Assembly: GCA_963713825.1 (NCBI GenBank)
Contig: CAVQNG010000004.1
Span: 256,001-320,000 of the forward strand
DNA: 64,000 bases
From: an uncultured Acidobacteriota bacterium
GTDB taxonomy: Bacteria; Acidobacteriota; Thermoanaerobaculia; Multivoradales; JAHEKO01
Direction of reading: 5' to 3'
The position numbers and the translations under genes are program-made. Under the pieces are notes generated by a model. It searched no databases, was not told the DNA's origin, and worked only from the letters and a program-made list of their open reading frames with translations. Position 1 is the first letter of the stretch, and every line of letters begins with the position of its first letter. Positions 8,353 to 18,700 of this stretch are shown here, piece after piece.

Positions 8353-10659
8353 ATGGTGACCAACAGCTCTGAGCTCGCCGCTCCCAAGAACGCTGGCCTC
8401 GACAGGGAGCTTCCAGCTGCCGATCCCCCGACGTCGCACAGACGACTCAGCCTGCTGTTGCCGTATTTGGCACTCGTCTTCCTCCACCTGCTCTCTGGCC
8501 TGCAGATGGAGCAGCCGCTCATCTTGGCCGACGAGCTCGGCTATCTCGGGAATGCTCGCTACCTTGCCGGGGCATCTCACCTGCCTGATATGCGGCACAG
8601 CCAGTTCTACCATTTCGGATATTCGCTGATCCTGATACCCGCCTTCTGGCTGTTCACCGATCCGGTCGCGATCTACAAGGCAGCGATGGTCATCAACGCG
8701 CTGCTGATGAGCGCACTCTTCTTCCCGGTGTACTCGATCCTGAGCTCGTTCCTCGAGGTCCCCAAAAGGACCGCGATCTGGATCAGTTTCGCTTGCAGTC
8801 TCTATCCGGCTGCGATGCTGTATTCGAACTTCGCCTGGGCGGAGAACGCTTTCATCCCGTTCTATGCCCTGACTGTGGCACTGATTGGGAGGTACCTTCG
8901 CTCCGGGTCCTGGCCCGATGTGACCATTTTCAGCTGCTGTGCCGCGTTCCTATACACCATTCATCCCAGAGGACTACCCGTCGTCGTCATCGTCGTCGTC
9001 TATCTTCTCGTTCTAGCGACCCTGAAAGTCGTCTCGAAGCGACAGGCACTACTGAGCGTCACGACCATCGGGTTGATCTTCGCAGCGACCCGAGTCGTCA
9101 ACGAGCATCTCAAGGCGATTGGCTGGAGGGGTACAGGTGAGTTCTCACTGACCCGATTGGGTGGAAGGCTCGTCCCGGGCAGCGACCTCCTCGTGTTGGT
9201 GCAGAGGGCCTTGGGCCAGCTCCTCTACCTGTCCCAGGCTACGTATGGACTGTTCCTCGTGGGTCTCGTGGCGGCGATCGGCTATGTCCTCAAGAAGATG
9301 GTCTCCGGCTCTCCAAGGCAGGCCATGTCGGACCCCAGAACCGGAGTGGCGGTCTTCTTGTTGATCACTGCCCCTGGCATCTTCCTTGCCTCACTGACCG
9401 TCAAGCTCTACAGCGTTTTCGGACCGGATGGCATTCGAGGGGCCGGCTTCATTCCCGGACGGTACAACGAAGCGTTTGCCGTCCTGTTTGTCGCCTTCGC
9501 CTTGGCGGAGCTTTGTCGGACTCAAACCGAAACTTCAAGAGCCGTCAAGCGTGCGATTGGCGTGACAGCTACGATGCTGGGCTTGACTGTGCTGACTATG
9601 GTCCACGTCAATACCTTCCTACAGAAGCTGGGCTCGGATTTGCCGGCAGATACGACCAGAAGGACAATCCCCGCGGCCCTGGTAGACACGCTGGATGTGC
9701 CGGGAGTCTTCCCCGTCATCGACCTGATTGGAGAGCTGAACCTCTACCTTGTGTCACTCGTTGCGATTGCCTTGTACCTCGCCACAACGATCACGACGAG
9801 GTATTCGTTACGCGCCGGAGCCGTCCTGCTGATGCTTGTCTTCTCTCAGTTCTCTCTCTACAACTATCGCCATTTCCTGCGACCGATCAAAGAAGATGCC
9901 GAGCCGCGACTCACCTTCGTTTCGCAGTTGTCTGGACTCGACCCGATCCCGGCCCTGAGCTACGACGATGGGTACTTCGATGCTCAGACTTTTTATGGAC
10001 TTCAGCACCTGCTACAGCGAACCGTGTTCGATCGATTCCACAGTCGCCGCGGAGAGACACCCCGATCCGAAGCGGTCATCAGCGCCAACCAGTGGCCGCA
10101 GGCGCCGAGAATCGGAGCCGAGTACTTTCTCAAGATCAGCAGCGTGGACAACGCCTTGTGGATTCTTCCAGGCGAGCTCCAGTCTCGACTTCCGGTCATG
10201 GCCTACGATGGCATGACGTTGGGAGCGGAACCAGCGATTCGCGTTCGGGAGCTCGGATTCCATGATCTTGAATGGGTCGCAGGAGTCCCGGCTCGTTGGA
10301 CCAATGGAGCCGCGAGCTTGAGAGTGTCATTGGATCCCGAGAACCCACCGCAGAGGGTCGAGGTCGAGATTCTCGCCTCCGGCCGCAGGGCGGGAGCCGA
10401 TCTCCAGATACTCACGAATGGTGTCGAGCTGTGGCGTGCACGGATTCCGGCCAATGAGTGGTCGAAGACGCTCAGCCTGAAACAGGTACCCATGGGCAAT
10501 GCACTACTCATCGAGCTCAACAGTGACACTTCGACCCCCGCTGCGAGCCTCGAGGGCTCTGCAGATTCGCGCCGCCTCGGCGTCATGGTCAAGGCCATTC
10601 GGTTGCAGACATCCGTCAGCGCCGATGGGCCGAGGGCAGTGAACAACAAGTCTCAATAG
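8353..10659 (+). CDS. Polytopic membrane protein, probable GT-C-fold glycosyltransferase with C-terminal extracytoplasmic beta domain
   Basis: DELGY after TM1, YHFGYSL, WAEN, HPRG, many TM helices and a C-terminal ARWTNG…DSRRLGV domain. Start uncertain (8125/8317/8353). Confidence 0.6.
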   Translation: MVTNSSELAAPKNAGLDRELPAADPPTSHRRLSLLLPYLALVFLHLLSGLQMEQPLILADELGYLGNARYLAGASHLPDMRHSQFYHFGYSLILIPAFWLFTDPVAIYKAAMVINALLMSALFFPVYSILSSFLEVPKRTAIWISFACSLYPAAMLYSNFAWAENAFIPFYALTVALIGRYLRSGSWPDVTIFSCCAAFLYTIHPRGLPVVVIVVVYLLVLATLKVVSKRQALLSVTTIGLIFAATRVVNEHLKAIGWRGTGEFSLTRLGGRLVPGSDLLVLVQRALGQLLYLSQATYGLFLVGLVAAIGYVLKKMVSGSPRQAMSDPRTGVAVFLLITAPGIFLASLTVKLYSVFGPDGIRGAGFIPGRYNEAFAVLFVAFALAELCRTQTETSRAVKRAIGVTATMLGLTVLTMVHVNTFLQKLGSDLPADTTRRTIPAALVDTLDVPGVFPVIDLIGELNLYLVSLVAIALYLATTITTRYSLRAGAVLLMLVFSQFSLYNYRHFLRPIKEDAEPRLTFVSQLSGLDPIPALSYDDGYFDAQTFYGLQHLLQRTVFDRFHSRRGETPRSEAVISANQWPQAPRIGAEYFLKISSVDNALWILPGELQSRLPVMAYDGMTLGAEPAIRVRELGFHDLEWVAGVPARWTNGAASLRVSLDPENPPQRVEVEILASGRRAGADLQILTNGVELWRARIPANEWSKTLSLKQVPMGNALLIELNSDTSTPAASLEGSADSRRLGVMVKAIRLQTSVSADGPRAVNNKSQ

Positions 10660-10790
10660 CGCCAGATCCTGTGCCTCGAATCCGTACCATTCGGCTTCGT
10701 ATACCATGCGCTCTAGTAGATTCACCGACCGACGGGGTCTTTCAACGAGACGGTTTTCTTCACCCACCTCACGGCGAAACGCGCAGAAAG

Positions 10791-11546
10791 ATGCCGGCCC
10801 ACCGGATTCATTGCTCGTACCATAAGTGTCTGACGGTGTTGTACCGTCGCGTCATGGATGCGGTGATGAATCGGTGCCAACCCTGGGGCGCCGGCTATCG
10901 CCACTACAACAGCCATTTAGAGGACTTCTACCGCGGCTTTCGAAGGGACCGCGTCGCCTCGGTGAACAACCGGGCGCTCGATCTCGAGCGCCTTGGCGAC
11001 TTCCGGATCTCACGCTTCATCCGCGATCCGCGCGATCTCGTGGTTTCGGGCTACTTCTACCACAGGCGCGGGGCCGAAGCCTGGACAACGATCGAATCAC
11101 CAACTCCTGCCGACTGGTACTTCGCCAATGGTGTCATCCCCGAGGGCCTGCAGGCCGCGGGCAAATCCTTCGCGCAGTATTTGCAGTCGCTGCCGGAAGA
11201 GGAAGGGTTGTTGGCAGAATTGGAGTTTCGGGCCCTCCACTTCGAATCGATGGCCTGTTGGCCAACCGATCGCGCCGACATCGTCACCTATCGCTACGAA
11301 GAAATCCTAGGGCACGAGAGGGAGCTCTTCCAAGAGCTCTTCGAGTTCTACCAGCTGTCGCCTATCGAGCGCCGAATAGGCGGCTGGTTCGCCAACCGCT
11401 ACTCGATCGGGAGACGACGCACCGACCCTCACATTCGCAACCCGGCCTCCGGGCAATGGAGGAAACACTTCACGCCGAGGGTGAGGCAGGCCTTCGATTC
11501 CAGGTACGCGGCATTGGTCCGACAACTTGACTACCCGGCTTACTGA
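10791..11546 (+). CDS. Sulfotransferase-domain protein
   Basis: SYHKCLT (5'-PSB-like), IRDPRDLVVSGYFYH (3'-PB), YRYEE and HIRNPASGQWRKHFT. Confidence 0.8.
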   Translation: MPAHRIHCSYHKCLTVLYRRVMDAVMNRCQPWGAGYRHYNSHLEDFYRGFRRDRVASVNNRALDLERLGDFRISRFIRDPRDLVVSGYFYHRRGAEAWTTIESPTPADWYFANGVIPEGLQAAGKSFAQYLQSLPEEEGLLAELEFRALHFESMACWPTDRADIVTYRYEEILGHERELFQELFEFYQLSPIERRIGGWFANRYSIGRRRTDPHIRNPASGQWRKHFTPRVRQAFDSRYAALVRQLDYPAY

Positions 11547-11622
11547 GGACTGCAGCAACCCTGAAGATCATGCAGCACCAATGGTTGACCTGATGGCTAC
11601 CACAACACGGAATCGGCAAGGC

Positions 11623-13026
11623 ATGGCGGGTACCATTCTGATCGCAACGGCTGGTCGGAGCGGCATTCTCTACTCGAGCCTGGAGCTCGGGCGTCGCCTT
11701 GCCGCCGCCGACCACAAAGTCGTCTATGCCGGTCCGGACAACACTCGCCAGCTCGTCGACCATCATGGTCTCGGCTTCCTTGCACTGGAACCGAGCCGCT
11801 ATGACCGCTTCCTCGAAGCGGATACCGACGCCAGCGTCCGCCACCGGCTCGTGCACCTGCGCAGCCGCCGACAACGCGCCGCAGCGTCCACGGCCGTGAG
11901 CGGCTTCGTCGCGGCCGTGATGGCTCTGAATCCGCAGCTCGTGCTCCTCGACGGCGAGATGCACGAGCACATCATCGCGACGTCGGGTACAGGCGTACCG
12001 ATGGCCCTGCTCAACACCTTCGCCTCGATCTGGAAACAGCCGGGACTGCCACCTGCGCACCATCTGGTCCGTCCCGGCGTCGGATGGAAAGGATCCCGAG
12101 TCGGTATCTCGATGCTGTGGCTCGCGCTGCGGCTCCGAAAGTGGCGCACCGCCACCTCACAGACGGTTCGGCGGATCGGCTGCGACCGCCTGTCGATTCT
12201 GCGTCATCTGTCCCGCGAGGCTGGCTTCGATCTAAGCCGCGAAACCGACGACAGTCAGTGGCTGATCCCTTTCACCTACCGACGATTGCCAGTGCTGAGC
12301 TTGCACGCCCTGGAGTTCGAGTTTCCCCACCGTCCACCCGACCGGGTGCACTATGTCGGCCCAATGGTGCTCGAAGACCGCATCGACCGCCCGATGTCGA
12401 ACGAGGGCCGAGCCGAGCTCGACGATCTCTTGGCGAGGCGACGACGGGCCGAGGGTCGCCGAAAGATGATCTATGCCGGTTTCGGCTCGGTCTTTTCCAC
12501 CGATCTGGATCTCCTGAAACGCCTCGTTCAGGCCGTCGCGGATCGTCGCGATTGGGATCTGGTGATCACTCTCAGCGATCGGGTATCGCGCGGCGCGCTG
12601 GGCAAGCTGCCCGATACGGTTCTTGCGCTGCCCTGGGTTCCCCAGCTGCGAGTCTTGCGGGATGCCGACGTTTGTGTGACTCATGGCGGCATCAACACCA
12701 TCGACGAGTGCGTCTCTTTTGGAGTGCCGATGCTCGTCTACTGCGGCCACGAAACAGACATGGCGGGCAACACCGCCCGCGTCGTCCATCACGGCATCGG
12801 ACTCGCGGGTGATCGGAGACGAGACGACCCGGCGATGATCCGCCATCGGATCGAGCGCTTGCTGACCGAGCCGCACTTTGGCACCAGCCTGAGTCAGCTG
12901 CGTCGACGTTATGAGGCGTATGCCGAGAACCGAGTGGCGGAGCGGACCATCGAGTCCCTGCTTGGTCTCGAGACTGGAACCCCAGCCGCCATCCGCACCC
13001 AGACTCCAGGTGGTGCTCGCTCGTGA
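11623..13026 (+). CDS. Family 1 (UGT/MGT-like) glycosyltransferase
   Basis: IYAGFGS and WVPQLRVLRDADVCVTHGGINTIDECVSFGVPML (UDP-sugar-binding signature). Confidence 0.88.
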   Translation: MAGTILIATAGRSGILYSSLELGRRLAAADHKVVYAGPDNTRQLVDHHGLGFLALEPSRYDRFLEADTDASVRHRLVHLRSRRQRAAASTAVSGFVAAVMALNPQLVLLDGEMHEHIIATSGTGVPMALLNTFASIWKQPGLPPAHHLVRPGVGWKGSRVGISMLWLALRLRKWRTATSQTVRRIGCDRLSILRHLSREAGFDLSRETDDSQWLIPFTYRRLPVLSLHALEFEFPHRPPDRVHYVGPMVLEDRIDRPMSNEGRAELDDLLARRRRAEGRRKMIYAGFGSVFSTDLDLLKRLVQAVADRRDWDLVITLSDRVSRGALGKLPDTVLALPWVPQLRVLRDADVCVTHGGINTIDECVSFGVPMLVYCGHETDMAGNTARVVHHGIGLAGDRRRDDPAMIRHRIERLLTEPHFGTSLSQLRRRYEAYAENRVAERTIESLLGLETGTPAAIRTQTPGGARS

Positions 13027-14480
13027 GCGACACCGCACGAAGGGTGGCCGCGGGGGCCGGTTGGCTCTATGGCTACCGATGGATCGAGAGGCTGCTCGAC
13101 TTCGTCTCGATCGTGGTGCTGGCGCGCATCCTGGCACCCGAGGACTTCGGCCTCGTCGCCATTGCGGCCTCCTTCGTGGCCATCATCGAAGGGCTGAGCG
13201 CATTCGACGTCAACAAAGCACTGATCCGAACACGCGACGAGCATCGATCGCTCTACGACAGTGCGTGGACCCTGTCTGCGCTGAGGGGCTTCGCAACTGC
13301 GCTGATCATGCTGGCGATCGCACCCTTCGTGACCGATGCTCGAATCAGCGCAGTGCTCGCGGTGCTCGCCCTCAGCCCGCTGATGACCGGGCTCTCCAAC
13401 CCTCGGTTCGTCATGTTCGAACGCGACCTGGTCTATTCCAAGCTCGCCATTCTGACGCTCGGGGCCAAAGTCGTCTCCTTCACGGTCACCCTGGTGCTCG
13501 CGTTGCTCTACCACAGCTACTGGTCGCTCGTGATCGGTCTGCTCGTCGGCGGTCTGATCACCATGATTCTGAGCTATGTCCTGAAGCCCTATCGTCCGAC
13601 TGTCTCGTTCTCCCGGTTCTCCGACATCTTCGCCTTCAGCGGATGGCTGTCGCTGACCAGCATCGTGACCACGCTGTCGATGGAGACCGACAAGCTCATC
13701 GTCGGCCGTTTGCTCGGAGTCGCCGACGCCGGCCTCTACTTCATGACCCAAAGAGTCGGAGTCCTCCCCACTCGAGAGCTGATCAGCCCGCTGCAGCGCA
13801 TTCTGCTGCCCTCGTTCAGCGAGCTGACCCACGACAGGCAACGGCTTCGTCGGGTGGCCTGCGAGTCGATCAACATCCTGGGTAGCCTCAGCATCCCGGC
13901 CGGCTTCGGGTTTGCCCTCATCGCCGCCGACTTCGTGCCGCTCACCCTGGGTGATCAATGGACTTCGATCGTGCCACTGCTGACGATCCTCGTTCCCTAT
14001 CTCGGCCTTCGGGCGACGCTGTCGATGACCTTGCCGTGCGTCATGGCGCTCGGCAAGACAAAGCTGCTGTTCTGGGTCAGTCTCGCCTACGCCTTCGTCC
14101 ATCTCCCCGCATTCATCGGTGGAACGGCCTGGTTCGGTCTGACCGGTGCCATCGTGAGCATCGTGCTGGCCGGAGTGCTGTACTCGTACTTGAACGCCTG
14201 GATGTTGAATCGAACGCTCGATATCTCTCTCCGCGAGATCCTGTCTCGAATCAAGAGGCCACTCCTGGCATCGCTGCTGATGGTAGGTGCCGTCTTGCTG
14301 CTCGACTGGCTCTTACCCACCGAGAGCCCTTCCGAGAGTGGATCCTGGCTGGCGCTTTTGCTCAAGATCGTCGTCGGAGGCGTAGCCTACAGTTCCGCCC
14401 TGTACGGGATGTGGCGTCTCGATGATCGACCCGAGGGCATCGAAAGACGTCTCCTGCAGCTGTTGGATCGCACTGACTAG
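13023..14480 (+). CDS. Wzx/PST-family polysaccharide flippase
   Basis: VVLARILAPEDFGLVA, DKLIVGRLLG…GLYF and ~12-14 TM helices. Confidence 0.9.
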   Translation: MSDTARRVAAGAGWLYGYRWIERLLDFVSIVVLARILAPEDFGLVAIAASFVAIIEGLSAFDVNKALIRTRDEHRSLYDSAWTLSALRGFATALIMLAIAPFVTDARISAVLAVLALSPLMTGLSNPRFVMFERDLVYSKLAILTLGAKVVSFTVTLVLALLYHSYWSLVIGLLVGGLITMILSYVLKPYRPTVSFSRFSDIFAFSGWLSLTSIVTTLSMETDKLIVGRLLGVADAGLYFMTQRVGVLPTRELISPLQRILLPSFSELTHDRQRLRRVACESINILGSLSIPAGFGFALIAADFVPLTLGDQWTSIVPLLTILVPYLGLRATLSMTLPCVMALGKTKLLFWVSLAYAFVHLPAFIGGTAWFGLTGAIVSIVLAGVLYSYLNAWMLNRTLDISLREILSRIKRPLLASLLMVGAVLLLDWLLPTESPSESGSWLALLLKIVVGGVAYSSALYGMWRLDDRPEGIERRLLQLLDRTD

Positions 14481-15646
14481 CGCTCGGCAAGAGCGGCGAA
14501 GGCACTCTCGGTCCGAGCCGCAATCGACGGCCAGGTGTGCTGTTCAGCGATCCGACGGCCGCCCTGAGCGAGTCGCGCTCGCAGCTCGCCATCGCCGAGT
14601 ACTTCGCACAAGGCTCTGGCCAGCGCCGTCGGCGAGTCGGGGGGAATGAGCCGGGCGCTGTCACCATCTCGAAGGGTACCGGGTAGTGCTCCGACGGTGG
14701 TGGCCACGACAGGCACACCCAGCGACAACGCCAGGTAGAGGACCCCGGACTGGCTGATGTGCCGATAGGGCATCGCCAGCACGTCGGCGGCCGCAAAGTA
14801 GCGCGACACCTCGGTGAAAGGGATGTACTCGAAGCGGTGAATCGCCCCGATTCGCTGCGCCCAGGAAGACAGCTCGTGGCGCCGAGCCTGACTCAGCCGA
14901 CCGGCATCGCCGGCGACGACCAGCCGTGCTCTGGGACGTGCTTCGACCACGTCCGGCCAGGCTTCGAGCAGGATATCCAAGCCCTTGTACTCACGAATGT
15001 AGCCGAAGAACAGGACCACCTCGTGGTCTTCGTCGAGGCCGAGGCTCTGTCGGGCCGAATCGCGAGCCAAGGGTCCGCCGTCGGGATTGAAGAATCCATA
15101 CTCCCCATGGGGGATCACCACCACCCGTTCAGGTTCGAGGGAGATCTCCTCGAGCAGTCTTTGCCGGTCGAAGTCGGAGTGAGCGACGACCAGTCGGCTG
15201 AGTCGATGCACGCGCCGAAAGAGGGCGTCGCGGAAAGGACGACGCTCGTGCGGGGTGACCACATGCGCCGTGGTCACGACCGGGGCCCCCACCAGCCGCA
15301 GGAGTGCGACAAAGAGCAGTGCGCTGCTATTTGTGCTGTGGACGTGGATCACGTCCGGTCGCAGGCGGCGCGCAAACGCGGCAACCGAGATAACATCGAA
15401 GACCGCCTCGACGCTGGTGGCCAGCTCCAGACTGCGCTGCGGCATCGCCCTACGATGCCGATGGGTGAAGCGTGCAAGCGTCTTGACCAGACGTAGATTC
15501 GACGGCAAGCTCCGGTCTTCGAGCTCGTAGGCGGCTGCCGTCACCAGGGTGACCTCATGACCGCGCTCAGCCAGCGCGCAGGAGAGATTGAAGGTGTAGT
15601 GGGTCAGTCCGCCGCGGCCAAAAGTCTCGATCTCGAGTATCCGCAT
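14477..15646 (-). CDS. Family 4 glycosyltransferase
   Basis: VIPHG, LFFGYIREYKGLDILL and PYRHISQSGV…GVPVVATTVG. Start at ATG 15646 (MRILEIE). Confidence 0.92.
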   Translation of the reverse strand: MRILEIETFGRGGLTHYTFNLSCALAERGHEVTLVTAAAYELEDRSLPSNLRLVKTLARFTHRHRRAMPQRSLELATSVEAVFDVISVAAFARRLRPDVIHVHSTNSSALLFVALLRLVGAPVVTTAHVVTPHERRPFRDALFRRVHRLSRLVVAHSDFDRQRLLEEISLEPERVVVIPHGEYGFFNPDGGPLARDSARQSLGLDEDHEVVLFFGYIREYKGLDILLEAWPDVVEARPRARLVVAGDAGRLSQARRHELSSWAQRIGAIHRFEYIPFTEVSRYFAAADVLAMPYRHISQSGVLYLALSLGVPVVATTVGALPGTLRDGDSARLIPPDSPTALARALCEVLGDGELRARLAQGGRRIAEQHTWPSIAARTESAFAALAER

Positions 15647-15796
15647 CTGGCAACTCGCAGCGCTGTTGCGAACCGTGACCGCAGTTCTGCGCCACTCGGC
15701 TCTACCGCCGGATCGTACCATCGCCGCGGGAGGTGCCGAAAAGAGTCGCGCTCGATAGACTGGAACCGATTCTCGACCAGATCGCAGATCCGTCCC

Positions 15797-18700
15797 ATGA
15801 CAACCCGCCAACCCAACGACCGTGCCGCGTTGCTCGAGCAGGCTATCCGTCGCAAGAGAGCCGCAGCCGGATCAGACACTCCGACCATGATGCCGCGGCC
15901 GGCCGACCAGCCGGCCTGTCTCAGCGACATCCAGCGCGGCCTCTGGCTGCTGCACCAAATGGATCCGCGCTCGCCGGCCTACAACCTCACGAGTGCCTTT
16001 CGGGTCGAGGGTGCCCTCGATCCAGAGAAGCTCGAGCGGGCGCTCAACGAGGTGGTCTCGAGACACCGCATCCTGCGCTCGACCTTTCGACGCCAGGGAG
16101 AAACCGTGCTCCAGGTCGTGCATCCCCACTCGCCTCTGGCCTTGGAGGTCGTCGAAGCGGAAGACGGTGAGGGACTGGCGGCGACAGTCGACGAAGCCAG
16201 CAAGCCCTTCGATCTCGAGACAGGACCGTTGATACGGCTGCAGCTCGTCGAAGAGAGCTCCAAGGAGACTCGCTACTTGCTCCTCGTCTTGCACCACATC
16301 CTGGCTGACGAGAAGTCACTAGCTCTTCTCTGGGAAGAGCTGGGCGAGGCCTATCGTAGTCGACAGGGCGCTACCGAGCCGGCTGTCCAGTACGACGATT
16401 ACGTGTACTCGCTGAGCCTCCGGGAGCCGGCCGAACGGGACCGCCAACTCGAAGACTGGCGGCGACGCCTTGAGCCGCTCCCCGACGACCTGCGGTTCCC
16501 GTTCGAGCGGTCGCCCTCAGAAGGGCTTGCAGGGCGAGGACGACTCCTCAGTCGCGCTCTGCCTGAGCCGGTGCTGGAAGGGCTCCGGAACCTCGCATCC
16601 TCGAGCGGTGCCACACCCTTCTTGGTGGCCGCTTGTGCGTTCAGGCTCTTGCTGCAGCGCTACACGGACAACCAGCGCGTCGCTTTCGCCACACCGGTGT
16701 CGACGCGCTCGCACCCGGCGACCGCTCGCATGATCGGGTACTTCACCAATCCCGTGGTGATCCCCACTCACCTCGATGAACAGCAGCCCGTGCTGGAAGC
16801 GGTTCAAGGCTTCAGCCGGCAGCTACGAGCTCTGCTCGTGCAAGCATCACTGCCGTTCCAGTCGCTCGCCGAGGCCCTCTCTCCACGACGACAACGCGAC
16901 CGCCACCCGATCTTCCAGATCATGTTCGTGCACCAGGAGAGTATCGCTCCACCCGAGCTGGGAGAAGCCCGACTGCAGCCGCTGGCCCTCGACCTGGGGG
17001 CATCGAAATTCGATCTCACCCTCTTTGTTACGGAGGGCCAACGCGAACTCGAGATCGCCCTCGAATATCGCGTCGATCGCTACGCCCAGACCTGGATGGA
17101 GCGCCTACTCGACCACTACGGGACCCTGCTGGAGCAGCTGCCGACCGATCCGAACAGAACCGTTGCCAAGGTATCGATGCTCGGCACCGAGGAGCAGCGC
17201 AGCCTTCTTGCTTTGGCAAAGGGGACTGAGCTCGATGCTGACAAGATGACCCTCTTACCGCGGCAGATCCTCGATCGAGTGAGTCGCTCGCCCCAATCTC
17301 CCGCCCTCTCCTGTGGTGACTCCAGACGGAGCTATGGCGAACTGGAAGCCTCCGCGAGAAGAATCGCGACAAAGCTCGTGGATTGCGGCGTCAACGTTGG
17401 CGACCGCGTCGGTGTCTTTCTGAACCGCTCGGTCGAGATGGTCGAAGCGGTTCTCGGCGTCCATCTGGCCGGCGCGGCCTACGTCCCCCTCGATCCGACG
17501 TATCCGGAGTCGAGGAACCGCACAGTTCTCGAGGACGCCGATGTTGCCGCGGTGCTGACGACTGCCTCGCGGGGCGACGAGCTCTGGCGCGGTCCATGGG
17601 CGACTATCGAGGTCGATCGCATCGATACTGATGTCGCCCGAGGCGCAGTGCTGCCCGGACCATCGGCCGACTCCCCTGCGTACATTTTGTACACCTCGGG
17701 TTCTAGCGGTCGCCCAAAGGGGGTGGTCGTGACGCAGGCGAATCTGCGCGCCTCCACAGCGGCGCGCCTGCAGGTCTACGAAAAGCCCCCCCGTCGGTTC
17801 CTACTCTTGCCGAGTATCGCATTCGACAGTTCCGTCGCCGGTCTCTTCTGGACACTGGCGATGGGTGGCTGCCTGGTGATTCCAAGCGATGAGGAGGCTC
17901 TGGATCCTCGTCGTCTGGCAGGGCTCGTGGCCCGGGAACGAGTGAGCTCTCTACTCTGTGTCCCGTCCCTCTACGCTCAGCTGCTGAGGGCTGACGGCGG
18001 ACTGCTCGATGGCCTGGAGACGGTCATCGTAGCCGGAGAGAGCTGCACTCCGTCGTTGGTGAACGAGCACTTTCGAACCCTGCCGAAGACCAGCCTCTAC
18101 AACGAGTACGGCCCCACCGAAGCGACGGTCTGGGCGACGGTGCATCCGTTGGAGATCGGTGCTGCCGGCTCTTCCGTGGCCATTGGCCGGCCGATTCCGG
18201 GTGTGCGAGTCGATGTGCTCGACAGACTCGGCCGCCCGGTTCCAGTCGGTATCCCCGGTGAAGCCTGGATCACGGGACCGACTGTAGCCCAAGGCTACTG
18301 GCGGCAGCCGACCCTTACCGCGGAGCGCTTCGTCATCGACGCAGAGTCAGCGCGCGGCGAGAACCGGTATCGAACGGGTGACCAGGTGGCGTGGACGGCA
18401 GCCGGGCACCTGCTCTTCCTGGGTCGAGAGGACGAACAGATCAAGATTCGTGGCTTTCGAATCGAGCCAGGTGAGGTCGAGGCTGCGCTGCTCGAATCCG
18501 AGAAGATCCAAAATGCGGCCGTCATCGCCCGGCCGCTCGGTTCGCCGACGACCATGGCCTCAGAGACCAGCGACCATCAGCTGGTCGCTTTCGTCGAGAC
18601 GGCTTCCCCTGACGCCAGAGCAGGTTGGCGGAAAGACCTGTCCGCGCGCCTGCCCGAGCACATGATTCCGAACCGCCTGGTCGTGCTGCCCGAGCTGCCT

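Noticed and set aside
15557-15796. N-terminal extensions of the NRPS (from 15557) and of GT4 (from 15811)
   Set aside because: They would overlap head-to-head; starts at 15797 and 15646 leave a plausible 150-bp divergent promoter region.
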